A stretch of 64,000 bases of DNA. Source: Gekko japonicus (taxonomy: Eukaryota). This document shows, piece by piece, positions 37,101 to 49,444 of the stretch. Numbering within the stretch: the first letter of the stretch is position 1; every line of letters starts with the position of its first letter. The notes under the pieces are model-generated. The model made no database searches. It was not told the DNA's origin and worked only from the letters and a program-made list of their open reading frames with translations. Location of the stretch: the NCBI RefSeq assembly GCF_001447785.1, contig NW_015163109.1, positions 75,400 to 139,399 of the forward strand. The letters run 5' to 3'. A program made the position numbers and the translations under genes.

Positions 37101-38811
37101 ACAGCAATAGACCCAGTGCATAGCTTATTTGAATGGCTTTTAAAATAACCTGAAGCGCCTTACTATTCTGAGTGGAATAGAAAATACAATGCAGTTTAAC
37201 ATTTGCATTAAAAAAAGACACGTCATTTTCATAGGTTTTTCTTTAATTTAACTGTTTGAATACTATGAAGAGAAATTTCCTGTCCCAGGCTGATAGATGT
37301 GATATGTGCACTGGTCCTATTTTTGTGCACCTAAAATTCAAACATGAGAAAATTGCAGAAATTTACAATTCAATGTGTGTTTCATCAGGGAGGAATCCGC
37401 AGATTGTTTTGACACTCAGTAACAAATTCAGCATGAAGATGGACGTCTCATGAAATTTGCAGCTGCTGATTGAATTTATATTTCCATAAAGCCCATCAAC
37501 AGTTACAGCCTGAAGGGAAGTGAGGGGGGGAAATGACAAAAATTGTGAGGCTAGCATTTTTCTTCAGACTTATAATGACAAATTACTTGTAATAAGGTCT
37601 TACACTGACCAGGATTAAACGAAAAATATAGGCAGCCAGAAGGGAATGATCCTCCCCCCAGTCTTAATTGATTTGAACTAAAAATGTCCAAAGTTGATAT
37701 CTAAATATATGTGCAGTCATCTGCAGAGTATGTGAAATGCAACCACAAATCAGAAATGTTCTTTGCCCTGAAAAATAAGGCACTTGCAGGTAATTATAGA
37801 GGATTTATCATACAGGTAATCTTATTTTTGCAATAACCTTCCATGCTGGAAGATGAATGTTATGTACACACAAAAGTAGGTCATCTTCATTAGGTTGTGG
37901 GGACACCCCCCCCCGGCATCCTCTTTCTGCTCTAGAATTGTTTTGCTTCTCAAAACACCTATCAGCTATAAACTAAAAAAAGGGGAACTGCGTTGACATT
38001 CAGGTACAAATGAAACTGTTCGATTTAATTCAGTTATTGAACAGATTTATTCTTGTGTTAAAATATTAAATGTGGTATTTTAATGCTATGTTTCCATAGC
38101 GGGAAAGTGAAATAGTTAAATGCTTTATTAGCTGTCAGGGTTTATGGCCATAATATTGTCGTTATTATCCTTGGGAGAATAAAACTCCCTTAATATTCGA
38201 GTTCCCCCCAAGTGTGCATAGCTCAAGACCACTGGAAAGTTAAACATTTTAGGGCTACAGCAGCTTCATTTCATTGTTAAGGGATTTGCATTTATATTTG
38301 TGCATCATAAGAAGGATATGCTCATTAAGCTATGCTCTCAGTACTTCCATCAGGACACTTAAGTTTCTGTTCCACCCATCTTTGAAATATGAGGCAGTTT
38401 ACGAAGATTCAGAACTCAATCCTAAATAGAGCAGTAGAACAACCCACTAATTATGCCATCGAATCCAAGTAAATTGTGCCTGAAGTTACCAGTCCCTATC
38501 GCCACCTGTTCAACTCTGTCCAGCAAGTATCTGCCCAACTGAGAAATTTAGTGCCTCAGGAAGATGTGTGATATAGGTTTGACTTTCTCTAGTTTCTTGG
38601 GCAAGCCAGTTAGAATTCTTTGCTTTGTGCTCTTGGTTCCACTTACGCAAATCTTAAATTAACAGGAGTGAGAACACTCAGCTTAATATGAATGCACATA
38701 GGTTAAAAATATTGAATTTGTTTACTTCATTTATACCTAGGTTTGCCAGCACAAGGCTCCCAACTGGCAGTAGAACTTGTCCGGGAGTGCTCTAGCATTC
38801 AGAGAAAACTC

Positions 38812-39455
38812 TGTGGCCCATCCAGTCCAACACTCTGTCACACAGTGGCCAAAAATACCAGGTGCCATCAGGAGGTCCAGCAGTGGGGCCAGGACACTAG
38901 AAGCCCCCACCCAAGCACCAAGCATACAGTACATCACTTGTCCCAGACTGAGAGTTCCTACCTATACCTTGTGGCTAATAGCCACTGATGGACCTCTGCT
39001 CCATATGTTTATCCAATTCCCTCTTGAAGCTGTCCATGATTGTAGCCGCCACCACCTCCTGTGGCAGTGAATTCCATGTGTTAAGCACTCTTTGGATGAA
39101 GAAGTACTTCCTTTTATCTGTTCTAACCTGACTGCTCGGCAATTTCATTGAGTGCCCATGAGTTCTTGTATTGTGAGAAAGGGAGAAAAGTACTTTTTTC
39201 TCTACCTGCTCTATCCCATGCATAATCTTGTAAACCTCGATCATGTCACCCCTTAGCCATTGTTTCTCCAGGCTAAAGAGCCCCAAGCACTTTAACCTTT
39301 CTTCATAGAGTGTTCCAACCCTTTTATCATTCGAATTGCCCTTTTCTGCACTTTTTCCAATGCTATAATATCCTTTTAGAGGTGTAGTGACCAGAACTGT
39401 ACCCAGTACTCCAAATGAGGTCGCACCATCAATTTATACAGGGGCATTATGACAC
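38812..39455 (-). mobile_element. CR1 LINE 3' fragment
   Basis: ORF 38975-39286 minus GLFSLEKQWLRGDMIEVYKI..WNSLP. Confidence 0.9.
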
Positions 39456-41726
39456 TAAAATTTATCACAGATTGGTGGTAGTGATTTTCATAACTTTTAA
39501 TATTTAAATTGTTTGAAAGGGAACCCTAACTTGATATTTAAAACATACTCATTTTTCATACAGGACATCTTTGTCTAAAGAATGTAAAAATCTTTGTTTT
39601 ATAGATACACTTTCTGAAGCTATCAGCTGTTGCTGATTTTGTGGATCTGAAATTAGAAAGGAGTAGATGTTAGTACAATTGAGGCTGCTTGGTTAAAACT
39701 GTAACCACAGAGCTGGTTCACGTATGTGAATCGCAAGGTGGTTCCCCCCTGGTGTAATTATGCATGTGGTTACATGATTGTGTGAGAAAATGGTATGGTT
39801 AACTGCCCCCATGTATTCACTAAGCTTTCCATAACCATTGTGTGTGTCTGTGTGTGTGTCTGTGTTTGTGAGGGTAGAGAAGTATGCATCTCTGCTGTGT
39901 GTATAATCCTCAGCAGATTATTGGCTGTATTGATCATTTGTTTGGGGGAATGTCTGTTCTCCCCCAACAGGTTGATCAGGTGCTAACTATCTGTTTGACA
40001 GACGGCATTCTCATGTGTAGCATTAGACCACTGCTATTTGAAACTGTCTGTATCAGGGCTCATAAACGCTATTCTAAAGAAAACACTACAAATCTGTTTT
40101 TTGTGTCATTGTTTTCCATGATTTTTGTTCTCACTGGGATGGTGTTGATGCGTTTCATACATGTACTGTGCACATAATCTGGAATTCACGGATGTGTTCA
40201 CCACAGGGGTCATTTCACTTCCCTCTGGATAGATAGTGTGACAATGAGGATAAATCCCCCTCTTGATTTCCAGCTCTCAGTTGTGGAGCGTGAGCGATTG
40301 TCCCTGCCCTTGCATTGAGTTTCAAGGGCATTGTAAGTGCTTTTTGAGCACATCTGTGACAAGACCCCTTCACTTGCACACACAACCCATTAAGAAAAGG
40401 GCATGATTGTTTGGCTACAAAGGCCAACCAAAATGTGCACTCCTCTATACATCATTATATGAACAAGTTTTAAAATGCTAATGTTTCTCTGACAATTTCA
40501 CATTCTAGCTCATGTCTCTCAGTATAACGTCTCTGAAGTTTTTTCCGAATGCATCCCCAGTGCTAAACAAACTGCTTATGTGCCTAGGGGAAATCCTTTT
40601 GTCAATTTTAAATACTTGTACATTACAGCAAATGCTAGTTTGTAAAAGCAAAATGATGGTCTTGGAGAAATGGAATGGCAGGAAGCAGCGTGATGTAATT
40701 ATTTATAAGAACCCTCCCTGTAAATTAGGGAATATGTTCAGTTGTGCTGTTGTGCAGCGATTTGCATGGGTATGTTGAGCAGAGAACAGTTTTTTAAAAT
40801 ATGTAATGGATGAGAGCTGAAACGAGTCTGAAAGAGGAGCTATTCCCAGGAGGGCCTTCTGCTGGATCTCTCTAGAGTGCTTTTCAGTATCCCACACTAT
40901 TACCTCTCGTGCCCCCCCCCCCGGTTCTGTTTTTGCTACAGAGAGCCTTGCTAGAAATGGGTAAGAGTACTACTGTGTGTAAGAGTGAGAGATAAAAGCA
41001 CAAATAATATAAAAGGATATTCAGATCTTAAATGTTGTTTTCACGCTGTGCAAATGAAATGGTGTTTTTCAGGGGTTATGGTTGCCCACCTAAGAGACTA
41101 CTCAGTGGTGTAATTCCATTCTGGTACTGATTGTACCACAGCTCCCTGACTGCTCACACCTGCCTGCTCCTAACAGTTTACTTTGTTTACTTCTGGGTCA
41201 GGCCTGGATTATCTGTCTAATAATTGTCACATTACTGCTGCTCAAGCGCTGCTTCTTGCCTCTTACCTTTCTTTTTGCCTTCTTGGATCCACCTACCAGC
41301 CTTTTGCCCTGTTCCTTCTTCGCTCCTTGATGCAACTTGCAAAGCCTTTTGTCTTGCTGTGATAACTTGCCCTTCCTTCTCACCCCTTTCCTTTCCCATT
41401 CAAGCTGTCCTGGCTGTGCCTTTGTTCTTCCTGCCAGCACTGTGGGTTTTGTTCTTTTTGTTAAAAAACAAACAAATCAACCTGCTTGTTCTCTGGGCTC
41501 TAAGAGCACTTGGTATTTTACTTTGTCCCTGTTGCTTGCCTGGGTGATTTTTGCCCTTATTGACCCTTGGCTTGAATTGCAGGTGATCCTGTACGTGGCC
41601 TTATGAAGCCCTTGCTTGTCAAAGCATAGGGTCAAGTTAGATGACCTTTGAGTATTGAATTGAAATGTGTGGCTGGATGTTGTGTCTACTGAAATCTGTT
41701 AGTAAAATTACGAATTAATCGCAAAT

Positions 41727-42055
41727 AGCGGTGGCTCAGAGGTTTAGCCGCTGAGCTGCAGTCTGGAAGGTCTGTAGTTCAGCAGTTTGAGACCCTAGTG
41801 CCGCGTGATGGAATGAGCTCCCGTCTCTGGCCCCAGCTCCTGCCAACCTAGCAGTTCGAAAGCAAGAAATTGCAAGTAGATAAATAGGTACCACTTCGGT
41901 GGGAAGGTAACAGTGTTCTGTGCGCCTTGGCGTTTAGTCATGCCGGCCACATGACCACGGAAGTGTCTTCGGACAGCGCTGGCTCTTTGGCTTTGAAACG
42001 GAGATAAGCACCGCAACCCTAGAGTCGGATTCGACTGGCTTTCGAGCAAGGGACT
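41727..42055 (+). mobile_element. Sauria SINE (copy C)
   Basis: CCAGCTCCTGCCAACCTAGCAGTTCGAAAGC, GTAGATAAATAGGTACC. Confidence 0.85.
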
Positions 42056-42121
42056 ACAGGCTGTTTACTAGAGTTTATTTATATGCTAACTTTCACCTGA
42101 AAGTTGGTAAGGGGATTTATA

Positions 42122-42447
42122 AAGGTAAAGGTTCCCTTGCTCGAAAGCCAGTCGAATCCGACTCTAGGGTTGCGGTGCTTATCTCCGTTTCAAAGCCAAA
42201 GAGCCAGCGCTGTCCGAAGACACTTCCGTGGTCATGTGGCCGGCATGACTAAACACCAAGGCGTACGGAACGCTGTTACCTTCCCACTAGTTATCTACTT
42301 GCAATTTCTTGCTTTCGAACTGCTAGGTTGGCAAGAACTGGAACTAGAGACGGGAGCTCACTCCATCATGTGGCACATTTGGGTCTCAAACTGCTGAACT
42401 ACCGACCTTCCACAGCCTGCAGTCTTAACCACTTGAGCTGCAGCTCC
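42122..42447 (-). mobile_element. Sauria SINE (copy D)
   Basis: (ACCTTT)n-type tail; TSD TAAGGGGATTTATA 42108-42121 / TAAGGGGATCTATA 42448-42461. Confidence 0.88.
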
Positions 42448-43442
42448 TAAGGGGATCTATAGTGGTTGGTAAACCCATGGGAGTGCAGTGTGGGAATGCT
42501 CTTGCCTCTTTCCTGCATGTTGTGGGAATTGGCTTCCTCTTCCCCGCCCCACATACACCTTAAATAGGTTTCCCTCTTAGCCAGAATTTTCTAATGGTCT
42601 AGCTAACAGGTCCTGATTATCAAGGAACACTGGAGCAGTAATTGGCAGGTTAGGATTAGCTGTGGCAAAAGTTGGGGGAGGTTGGAGGAAGAGTTTGGGC
42701 ACAGTACGTCCCCTCTGATCCTGTCGTGTATTTGTGAAAATGAGCTCATCCAATTGATCCTTTTCTGCAGCTGTATGTGTTCAAAACGTTATCATAAAGT
42801 ATAGCATATTCATTTTTTAAAAATAAGATACTTTCCACATATTCATTTGTGTATCGCAACTGTTTTATTTAAACAAGATAGTTAATCTGTCTTGCATGAA
42901 CAATTAAGACATGTTGAAAGGCAGCTGTCATATTCATGTCTTATTTCTGTACTAACAAAATTTCATCTGTCAATCAGATACACGTTTTATATTTTTCAGG
43001 AGGAAGGTTATAATAAAAATTGCAGGACGTAACAGACAGCTAGCATGTCCTTGGATTTTCAACAACTAGACAATAGCTTATGAAATTTTTTTGGCATACT
43101 AATATGGTGTCATGGATTGGGGTGTGGTAATTTCAGTTCACATCCTGCTTGCACCTTATCCCTGGGAAGGTCATCGTACCTCCAACTTTCATTATCAAAA
43201 TTTATCATGTCAGATTAAACGTAAGAATTGTAGATGAAGATAAAAATTGAGATGAGAATTGTAAAATGCACTGAATGCTGTGACCTACCATTAAAAGAGT
43301 ATGGCACTTACGGCCTCTGTGTCCAAATTGTATGAAATTTTTGGAAAAGTCAAATTTCCAATCAAGGAATGTTTAATTAAAGCTCTTTCAGTGACAGAAA
43401 TGTATATGTTAGCCACAGTGGTTCATCTCAGCAAGAGACCTT

Positions 43443-43572
43443 GGCTGCCGTCACACACACTAAATAATCCACTTTCAATACACTTTCCAACTGGATCTTG
43501 CCAGTTCACACGGTAAAAATCCAGTTGGAAAATGCACTGAGAGTGGATTATTTAGGGTGTGTGACCACAGCC
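43443..43572. mobile_element. Palindromic MITE (Harbinger-like GGCTG..CAGCC ends)
   Basis: Arms CACACACTAAATAATCCACTTTCA..TTCCAACTGGAT / ATCCAGTTGGAA..AGTGGATTATTTAGGGTGTGTG; second copy at 60982. Confidence 0.75.
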
Positions 43573-43599
43573 TTTATTTATTTATAGGCCACCTCTCTC

Positions 43600-44812
43600 T
43601 TTTTTTTATTGACTCTTCTAAAAAGAAGAGAGTTTATTATTTTTTCATATAAGAAAAGGGAAGGTATATAGTGGGATAAAGAAAAGGTTGGGTGATATTA
43701 TTATTAGTATGTTAATCTTTTATGAGTAATACAAAAATCTTCTTTTGGCTTCTTCTGTGAGCTGTCAGTCATCTTTCATCTTAACCTGTAAAGAAAATAA
43801 AAATTGTTAATGGATTAGTAGTGTCCTTTTGGTTTTTGTTAGTAAAGTCTTTTCAAGCGCTTTCCGAACTTGTCTTCATGGTTTGGGCAGCCTCCCTTTA
43901 ACGTCTCTCAAATTATATGACGGACCCTTTCCTGCTCCTTTATCTTCCGGGGTCTTGACTTCCCCCTCCGAGCCGCTGTCTCTGTCACTGTCCAAATCCT
44001 CCCCTGTGGCGAGTGCTGCTTCCTCCGGACTGGCGTGCCTCTTCAAAAAGTCTTGAGCTTTGAAGATGGAATCAATCTTCTCTCTTTTATCTTTGAACTT
44101 GAAAGTAAGCCCTTCTGGAATCAACCAGCGATAGTTAGTTTGATGGTTCTGCAAGAATAAGGTCAATCCTTTGTATGCTTTCCTTTTCATTCGAATTTCA
44201 AATGGAACATCCTTCAAAATCCTGATTGTTTGCTCTCCAATCTTCATGGGCATTGCTGAAGATGCTTTTAGTATTTGATCCCGAACTTTCTGCTTTGTAA
44301 ACTTGACCACCACTTCTGCCGGCAGGTTGTTCAATCTTGTAAAATTGGAATAGGCTCTGTAAACCAGATCCATTTCCTCGCTTATTTTTTCCACTTCCCA
44401 GCCGGTGAGTGTTGCCAAGGCTTCCGCTAAAATACCTCGGAGATCCTCTTTTTCCCATTCTTTTATGCCCTGAAATCGGAGAGTCAAATTTGATTTTTCC
44501 ATTTGAAGCATCATTAGCTTTTTATCTTGCAACATTTGGTGTTTTTCTATTTTATCCACCTTTTTCTTGACCTTTTGGGTATCTTCTGTTGAGACCAGGC
44601 ACTTTTGCGTGATTTCCTCCATCTTCTTGGCTGTGTCATTTAACTGAGTCTGTTGAGTATTGAGGACACCTTCCATATTTGTCAATGTTTGGTTGATCTT
44701 TTGCATTTGCTCCAGCAGAGGGCGCAGAAGTTCACTCTCCTGTTGATTGACAGCCGGTTCCAGGAGGCGGGAGCCGGCACCGGAAGTTCCTCCCAGCTTC
44801 TTTGCCGGCTTG
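43600..44812 (-). mobile_element. ORF1-only L1-type retroelement 1 (half-L1-like), 5' truncated
   Basis: 15-bp TSD TAGGCCACCTCTCTC at 43585-43599 and 44813-44827; AATAAA and poly(A); uninterrupted L1 ORF1p-like frame; no ORF2. Confidence 0.85.
43876..44812 (-). CDS. L1 ORF1p-like protein (coiled coil, RRM, CTD); open frame, start codon missing
   Basis: Heptad-rich N-terminus, LRFQGIKE, DLVYR, PAEVVVKF..RDQIL, KDVPFEIRMKRK, YRWLIPEGL; the ORF-track start at 44829 is a TTG in flanking DNA. Confidence 0.75.
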
Positions 44813-44827
44813 TAGGCCACCTCTCTC

Positions 44828-45690
44828 AATGAGACTCAAAGCAGATTACAAAGTACAGAAAGAGGGGGGGATGTGATCATACAGTATAGGACATCAAATG
44901 AACAGTGCAATAGGACTAAGGAGTAAAACCTTAAATGGCAATGCAAGCAGTGATGTCATTGTACAGTATAAGATATAAAATGAACAGTGCGATAGAATTA
45001 GGAATACAAAATTAAATGACAATGTAAGCAGCAAGCTGCCCAGGCGAACATAATGTGAGCAGTGCAGAATGTGGGATTCAAAAGGTACAAGGCAATGCAG
45101 TACCCAGTCTCCACTCCCATACGAAGGTGCTCATCGGGACCATTCTGTCCCACTACAGATCTAGTTACAAGAATTCCCTCCTGAACATGTCTGTTTTGCA
45201 CAGTCTCTGGACTGTTAGTGCTGTGGGAGCCTTCCTGACCTCCTCAGGCAGGCTGTTTCACAAGGTGGGAACCACCACAGAGGATGAACACAAGCAAGCA
45301 GGTGCTGATCTTACTCATTTGCATGGGGGGAAAGTGTCTGTTCAGATGGCTGAAGCTGCTGTGGTGGAGTGTAGTAAGAGAGGCGGCTCTTCTGGTGTGT
45401 GGGTCCTAGGCCATAAAGGGCCTTATAGGTGATGACCAGTACCTTGAATTGAGTTTGGTAACTGATTGGTAGTCAATGGAGCAACTGCAGGATGGGTGTG
45501 ACACGCATGTTGTGCCTGACACCCACTAGTAATTGGGTTGCCATATTCTGTACCAACTGGACAAGGAAAGCTGAGTTCAAGGAAAGACCCTTGTAGGCTG
45601 CATTGCAGTAGTCTAGTCTCAGGGTAACTATGGCATGGATCCATGTGGCCAGAGCAGCTGAATGAAAGCAGAGGACCAACTGGCAAACAC
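44828..45690 (-). mobile_element. L2 LINE 3' fragment (host of element 1; its tail is at 43573-43599)
   Basis: Minus-strand LATWIHAIVTLRLDYCNAAY..LQLVQN..VTPILQLLH. Confidence 0.75.
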
Positions 45691-46579
45691 AGGGAAACGT
45701 GGTGGTGGGCGAAGGGCTGACTGGGTAAGGAGGAGAAGGGATCAGTGCTTAAAGTATATCCTTTCTTCCTGTCCCTCTCTCAGTCAAAGGGACCCTAGTA
45801 ACCTTGCTAATCACCTGTAGAACCTAAGATGGATGTTTGCTTATGGCTTGATACCAAGTCGGATTGTGGAAAAAGAGTGTCCCGGGATTTAATCCTGGAA
45901 GGAGACAGTCTAGTATACATTGCAGAGATTGTAGCAGTATGAACAGAGAGAGAGAGAGCAGTATGGACAGAGAGATCTCAGTTGTGCTTCTGTACCCCAG
46001 GCTTCTTGTTGTCACATTAGCCTAGGCTTGGTGGGTGGGGATAGGTAGTGGTTGCTATCTAACAGGCCCCTGTATATGTACCTGGTGCTGTGGGTTCAGG
46101 GCACAATAAGAATTCTGTTGATCCATCACTCATGGTACTGCCTGGCTGTCTTCCTTCCTAGTTGATTGGGTACTGAGGATCAGGGATAAAGATGTAGAAT
46201 TTCTGGAAATGTTAAAGCCGTGGGAAGTTCTGATGCTCCTGTTGAAGCCTAAGTTGACCTGTATCTCTCCTTATATATAATTGAATAGTGGGTGCCAAAG
46301 TTCTAAAATGCACTCCTTTAGTGTTAGGCCGGAAAAACTGCCACTCAGAATACACTGGCTGGGTTGACTGGCTGCTTTGTGCAGTCCCGCCCAGCGTTCC
46401 AAGGTCATTTACATATGGAAGCTGATTGGACTACACTCCATTCCACACCTCAAACTCCCCCCCCCCCCCGCAAGGCAGTTGGAATTTTCAGTTTGGGGGA
46501 GGAGAATGATGTCAGCTGCTCGCTAGGCAGAGGCTGTGGGGTGTGTGTGTAAAGACAGACAGGCAGATAAAGGTTGGCT

Positions 46580-48640
46580 GATGGTTGCCAACTCCAGGTT
46601 GGAACTCCAGGACATAGGGTTGCCAACTCCAGGTTGGAAACTTCCAGGATGTTTTAGGGATGAAGCCTGCTGAGGGTGGGATCTGAGGAGGAGGAGGAAG
46701 AGGGGGACCTCAGACAGATACAATGCCATACTGCCCACACTCCAGACAAGCTGTTGCCAGTCTCCAGGTGACAGCTGGAGAGATCTTAAAGCTTTGGTGC
46801 TACTTCAAAGTTCCCCAGGAGCCCAAAACAGAGTAGTGTTTTGGAAAATCTTGAGGAATTGTTTGGTGCATTTACGATGGGGCTCCTGGGGAACTATTGT
46901 TGCCAATCTTGGCCCAGCAGCCATCAAACCATTCTCTTCAACCCCCTGCTGTGCAGCTGACTTCCCCCTAGGGTTGCCAATCTCCAGGTGGGACCTGGAG
47001 ATCTCCCACTGCTACAATTGATCTCCAGATGACAGAGATCAGTTCCCCTGGAGAAAATGGATGCTTTGGAGGGTAGACCCTATGACATTATACCTGCTGA
47101 GTCCTTCCGCCCCCCCCCCGCCCAATGCTGCCCTCTACAGAATCCACCCCCAAATCTCCAGGTATTTCCCTCCTTAGAGCTGGCAACCCTACATTCCCCT
47201 CAGTGCCTGTTGGGAGTGGGTGGTGGGGGAGGGGAAGGGAGTGGGCAACCGGAGGCTTCTGCCTCCTGTCTCCGGTCCTGGAGTGGGGGTGGTGGNNNNN
47301 NNNNNNNNNNNNNNNNNNNNNNNNNNNNNNNNNNNNNNNNNNNNNNNNNNNNNNNNNNNNNNNNNNNNNNNNNNNNNNNNNNNNNNNNNNNNNNNNNNNN
47401 NNNNNNNNNNNNNNNNNNNNNNNNNNNNNNNNNNNNNNNNNNNNNNNNNNNNNNNNNNNNNNNNNNNNNNNNNNNNNNNNNNNNNNNNNNNNNNNNNNNN
47501 NNNNNNNNNNNNNNNNNNNNNNNNNNNNNNNNNNNNNNNNNNNNNNNNNNNNNNNNNNNNNNNNNNNNNNNNNNNNNNNNNNNNNNNNNNNNNNNNNNNN
47601 NNNNNNNNNNNNNNNNNNNNNNNNNNNNNNNNNNNNNNNNNNNNNNNNNNNNNNNNNNNNNNNNNNNNNNNNNNNNNNNNNNNNNNNNNNNNNNNNNNNN
47701 NNNNNNNNNNNNNNNNNNNNNNNNNNNNNNNNNNACGGAAGGCCGATGCCTCCGTCGCCCGGCCGAGATTGGGGGGGTGGGGGCGAGGCAGGCGATGGAA
47801 GGCCGATGCCTCCGTTGCCTGGCTGGAGTGGCCGCGGGGGGGTCTGGAGTCGGGCGGCCGCTGGCGGGGGACGCAGTCGCCCGGGCCGAGATTGGGGGGG
47901 CAAGGCGGGCGACAGAAGGCCGATGCCTCCGTCGCCCGGCCCTCTACAGAATCCACCCCCCAAACCTCCAGGTATTTCCCTCCTTAGAGCTGGCAACCCT
48001 ACATTCCCCTCAGTGCCTGTTGGTAGGCAACTAAGCTTGGTCCTGTCACCTACTTTGGCCTTTGGGAGAAAACACATTGGGGCCAGTCCTGATAGGGTTG
48101 CCAACTCCCGATGGGAAATTCCTGGAGATTTGAGGGATGGATCCTGAAGAGGGTGAGGTTTGAGGAGGAGTGGGACCTCAGACAGGTACACTGCCATAGA
48201 CTCCACCCTCCAAACCAGTCAGTCCGACATAGGGAACTATTGTTGCCAATCTCCAGGGGAGGGCTGGAGAGCACTCAGTATTACAACTGCTCTGCAGAAG
48301 GGAGGGCAGAAGTCAGCTGAAGTCAAAGGGGCAGATAATGGTAGGTTGATGACTAGCTGGGAAGGAGATGGGGTTGCCAACTACATGCTGACAAATTCCT
48401 GGGGATTTGAGGGGTGGAGCCTGGAGAGGGTGGGGTTTGCAGAGGGGTGGGACCTCAGACAGGTAGAATGCCATAGACTCCACCCTCCAAACCAGCCATT
48501 TCGTCCTGGGTAACAATTGTTGCCAATCTCCAGGTGAGGGCTACAGATTACTCACAATTACAACTGCTCTTCAGGTAGCAGAGATCAGTTCCTCTGGAGA
48601 AAACAGTGGACTCTGTCATTATACCCTGCTGAGGTCACCA
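46580..48640. repeat. Cluster of GGGTTGCCA-TIR MITE copies plus GC-rich minisatellite around a gap
   Basis: Multiple GGTTGCCAACTCC starts; unit GGAAGGCCGATGCCTCCGTCGCCCGGCCGAGATTGGGGGG at 47735-47940; about 83-bp direct repeat on both sides of the gap. Confidence 0.7.
47296..47734. other. Assembly gap (439 N)
   Basis: N run. Confidence 1.
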
Positions 48641-48811
48641 CAGCAAATTGACACTGTTTGCCCAAAGCCAGAGCACTGCCCCAGAGCCTCTTTCTAGATC
48701 TCGTTGTATTGCTTTCACAATGGGCTTTACTGCTAGTCAATCAATAAGTATTACAGCAATGGACCAGCAGACGTGGGAAATTCCATAGATTTGTTGATTG
48801 GTGATAATTGT

Positions 48812-49040
48812 ATTTATGTACTTACTCCATTTATACTGTCTTTCTCCTCAGTGGGGATCCAAAGCGTCTTATATCATTGTCCTCTTCTCAGTTTTATCGT
48901 TACATCAACCCTCTGAGGTAGCATAGACTAAGAATGTGTGACTGGATCAAGGTCACCCAGCAAGCTTCCGTGGCAGAGTGGGAATTCAAACCTAGTCTTC
49001 CATATCCTAGGCCAGCACTCCGACCACTACACAACACTGA
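48812..49040 (-). mobile_element. tRNA-derived SINE
   Basis: AAGGTCACCCAGCAAGCTTCCGTGGCAGAGTGGGAATTCAAACC..CCACTACACAACACTG. Confidence 0.65.
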
Positions 49041-49050
49041 CCATCAGTGA

Positions 49051-49400
49051 GTTAGATTCAGGTGGGTAGCCATGTTGGTTTGAAGCAGCAGAACAAAGTT
49101 TAGAGTCCAGTGGCACCTTTAAGGCCAACAAAGTTTTATTAAAGGTGTAAGCTTTCGTTTTGCACGCACACTTCTTCAGATACAATGAAATGGAAATTAC
49201 CAGTCTATATACATAGGTAGAGAATGAGAGCAGTAAATTAGCATACAGCATAATGAAGATGTTTAACAGGCTGAAGGACCAAACAGGAATAACAAGCTTA
49301 GTTGATATGGTGACTATTTGTTTGGGTTTAATTCCAGGGGGAAACAGAGCAAAGCAAATAAATAGGTCAAAATTGGAGATTGATGGGCAGATCAATTAAT
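49051..49400 (-). mobile_element. Penelope-like element fragment
   Basis: GGTGGGTAGCCATGTTGG..GTCCAGTGGCACCTTTAAGGCCAACAAAG..AAGCTTTCG..CACTTCTTCAGATAC. Confidence 0.65.
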
Positions 49401-49444
49401 TGTGGAATGCTGAGACTAATCAGTGGATTATTGAGCCTGTTTTG

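Noticed and set aside
43876-44829. Domesticated L1TD1-like host gene
   Set aside because: TSD, poly(A) and 5' truncation mark a retro-insertion; the start codon is a TTG in flanking DNA
47057-48206. Long ORFs of 255-372 aa in the ORF track
   Set aside because: They span the 439-N gap and low-complexity GC repeats; artefacts
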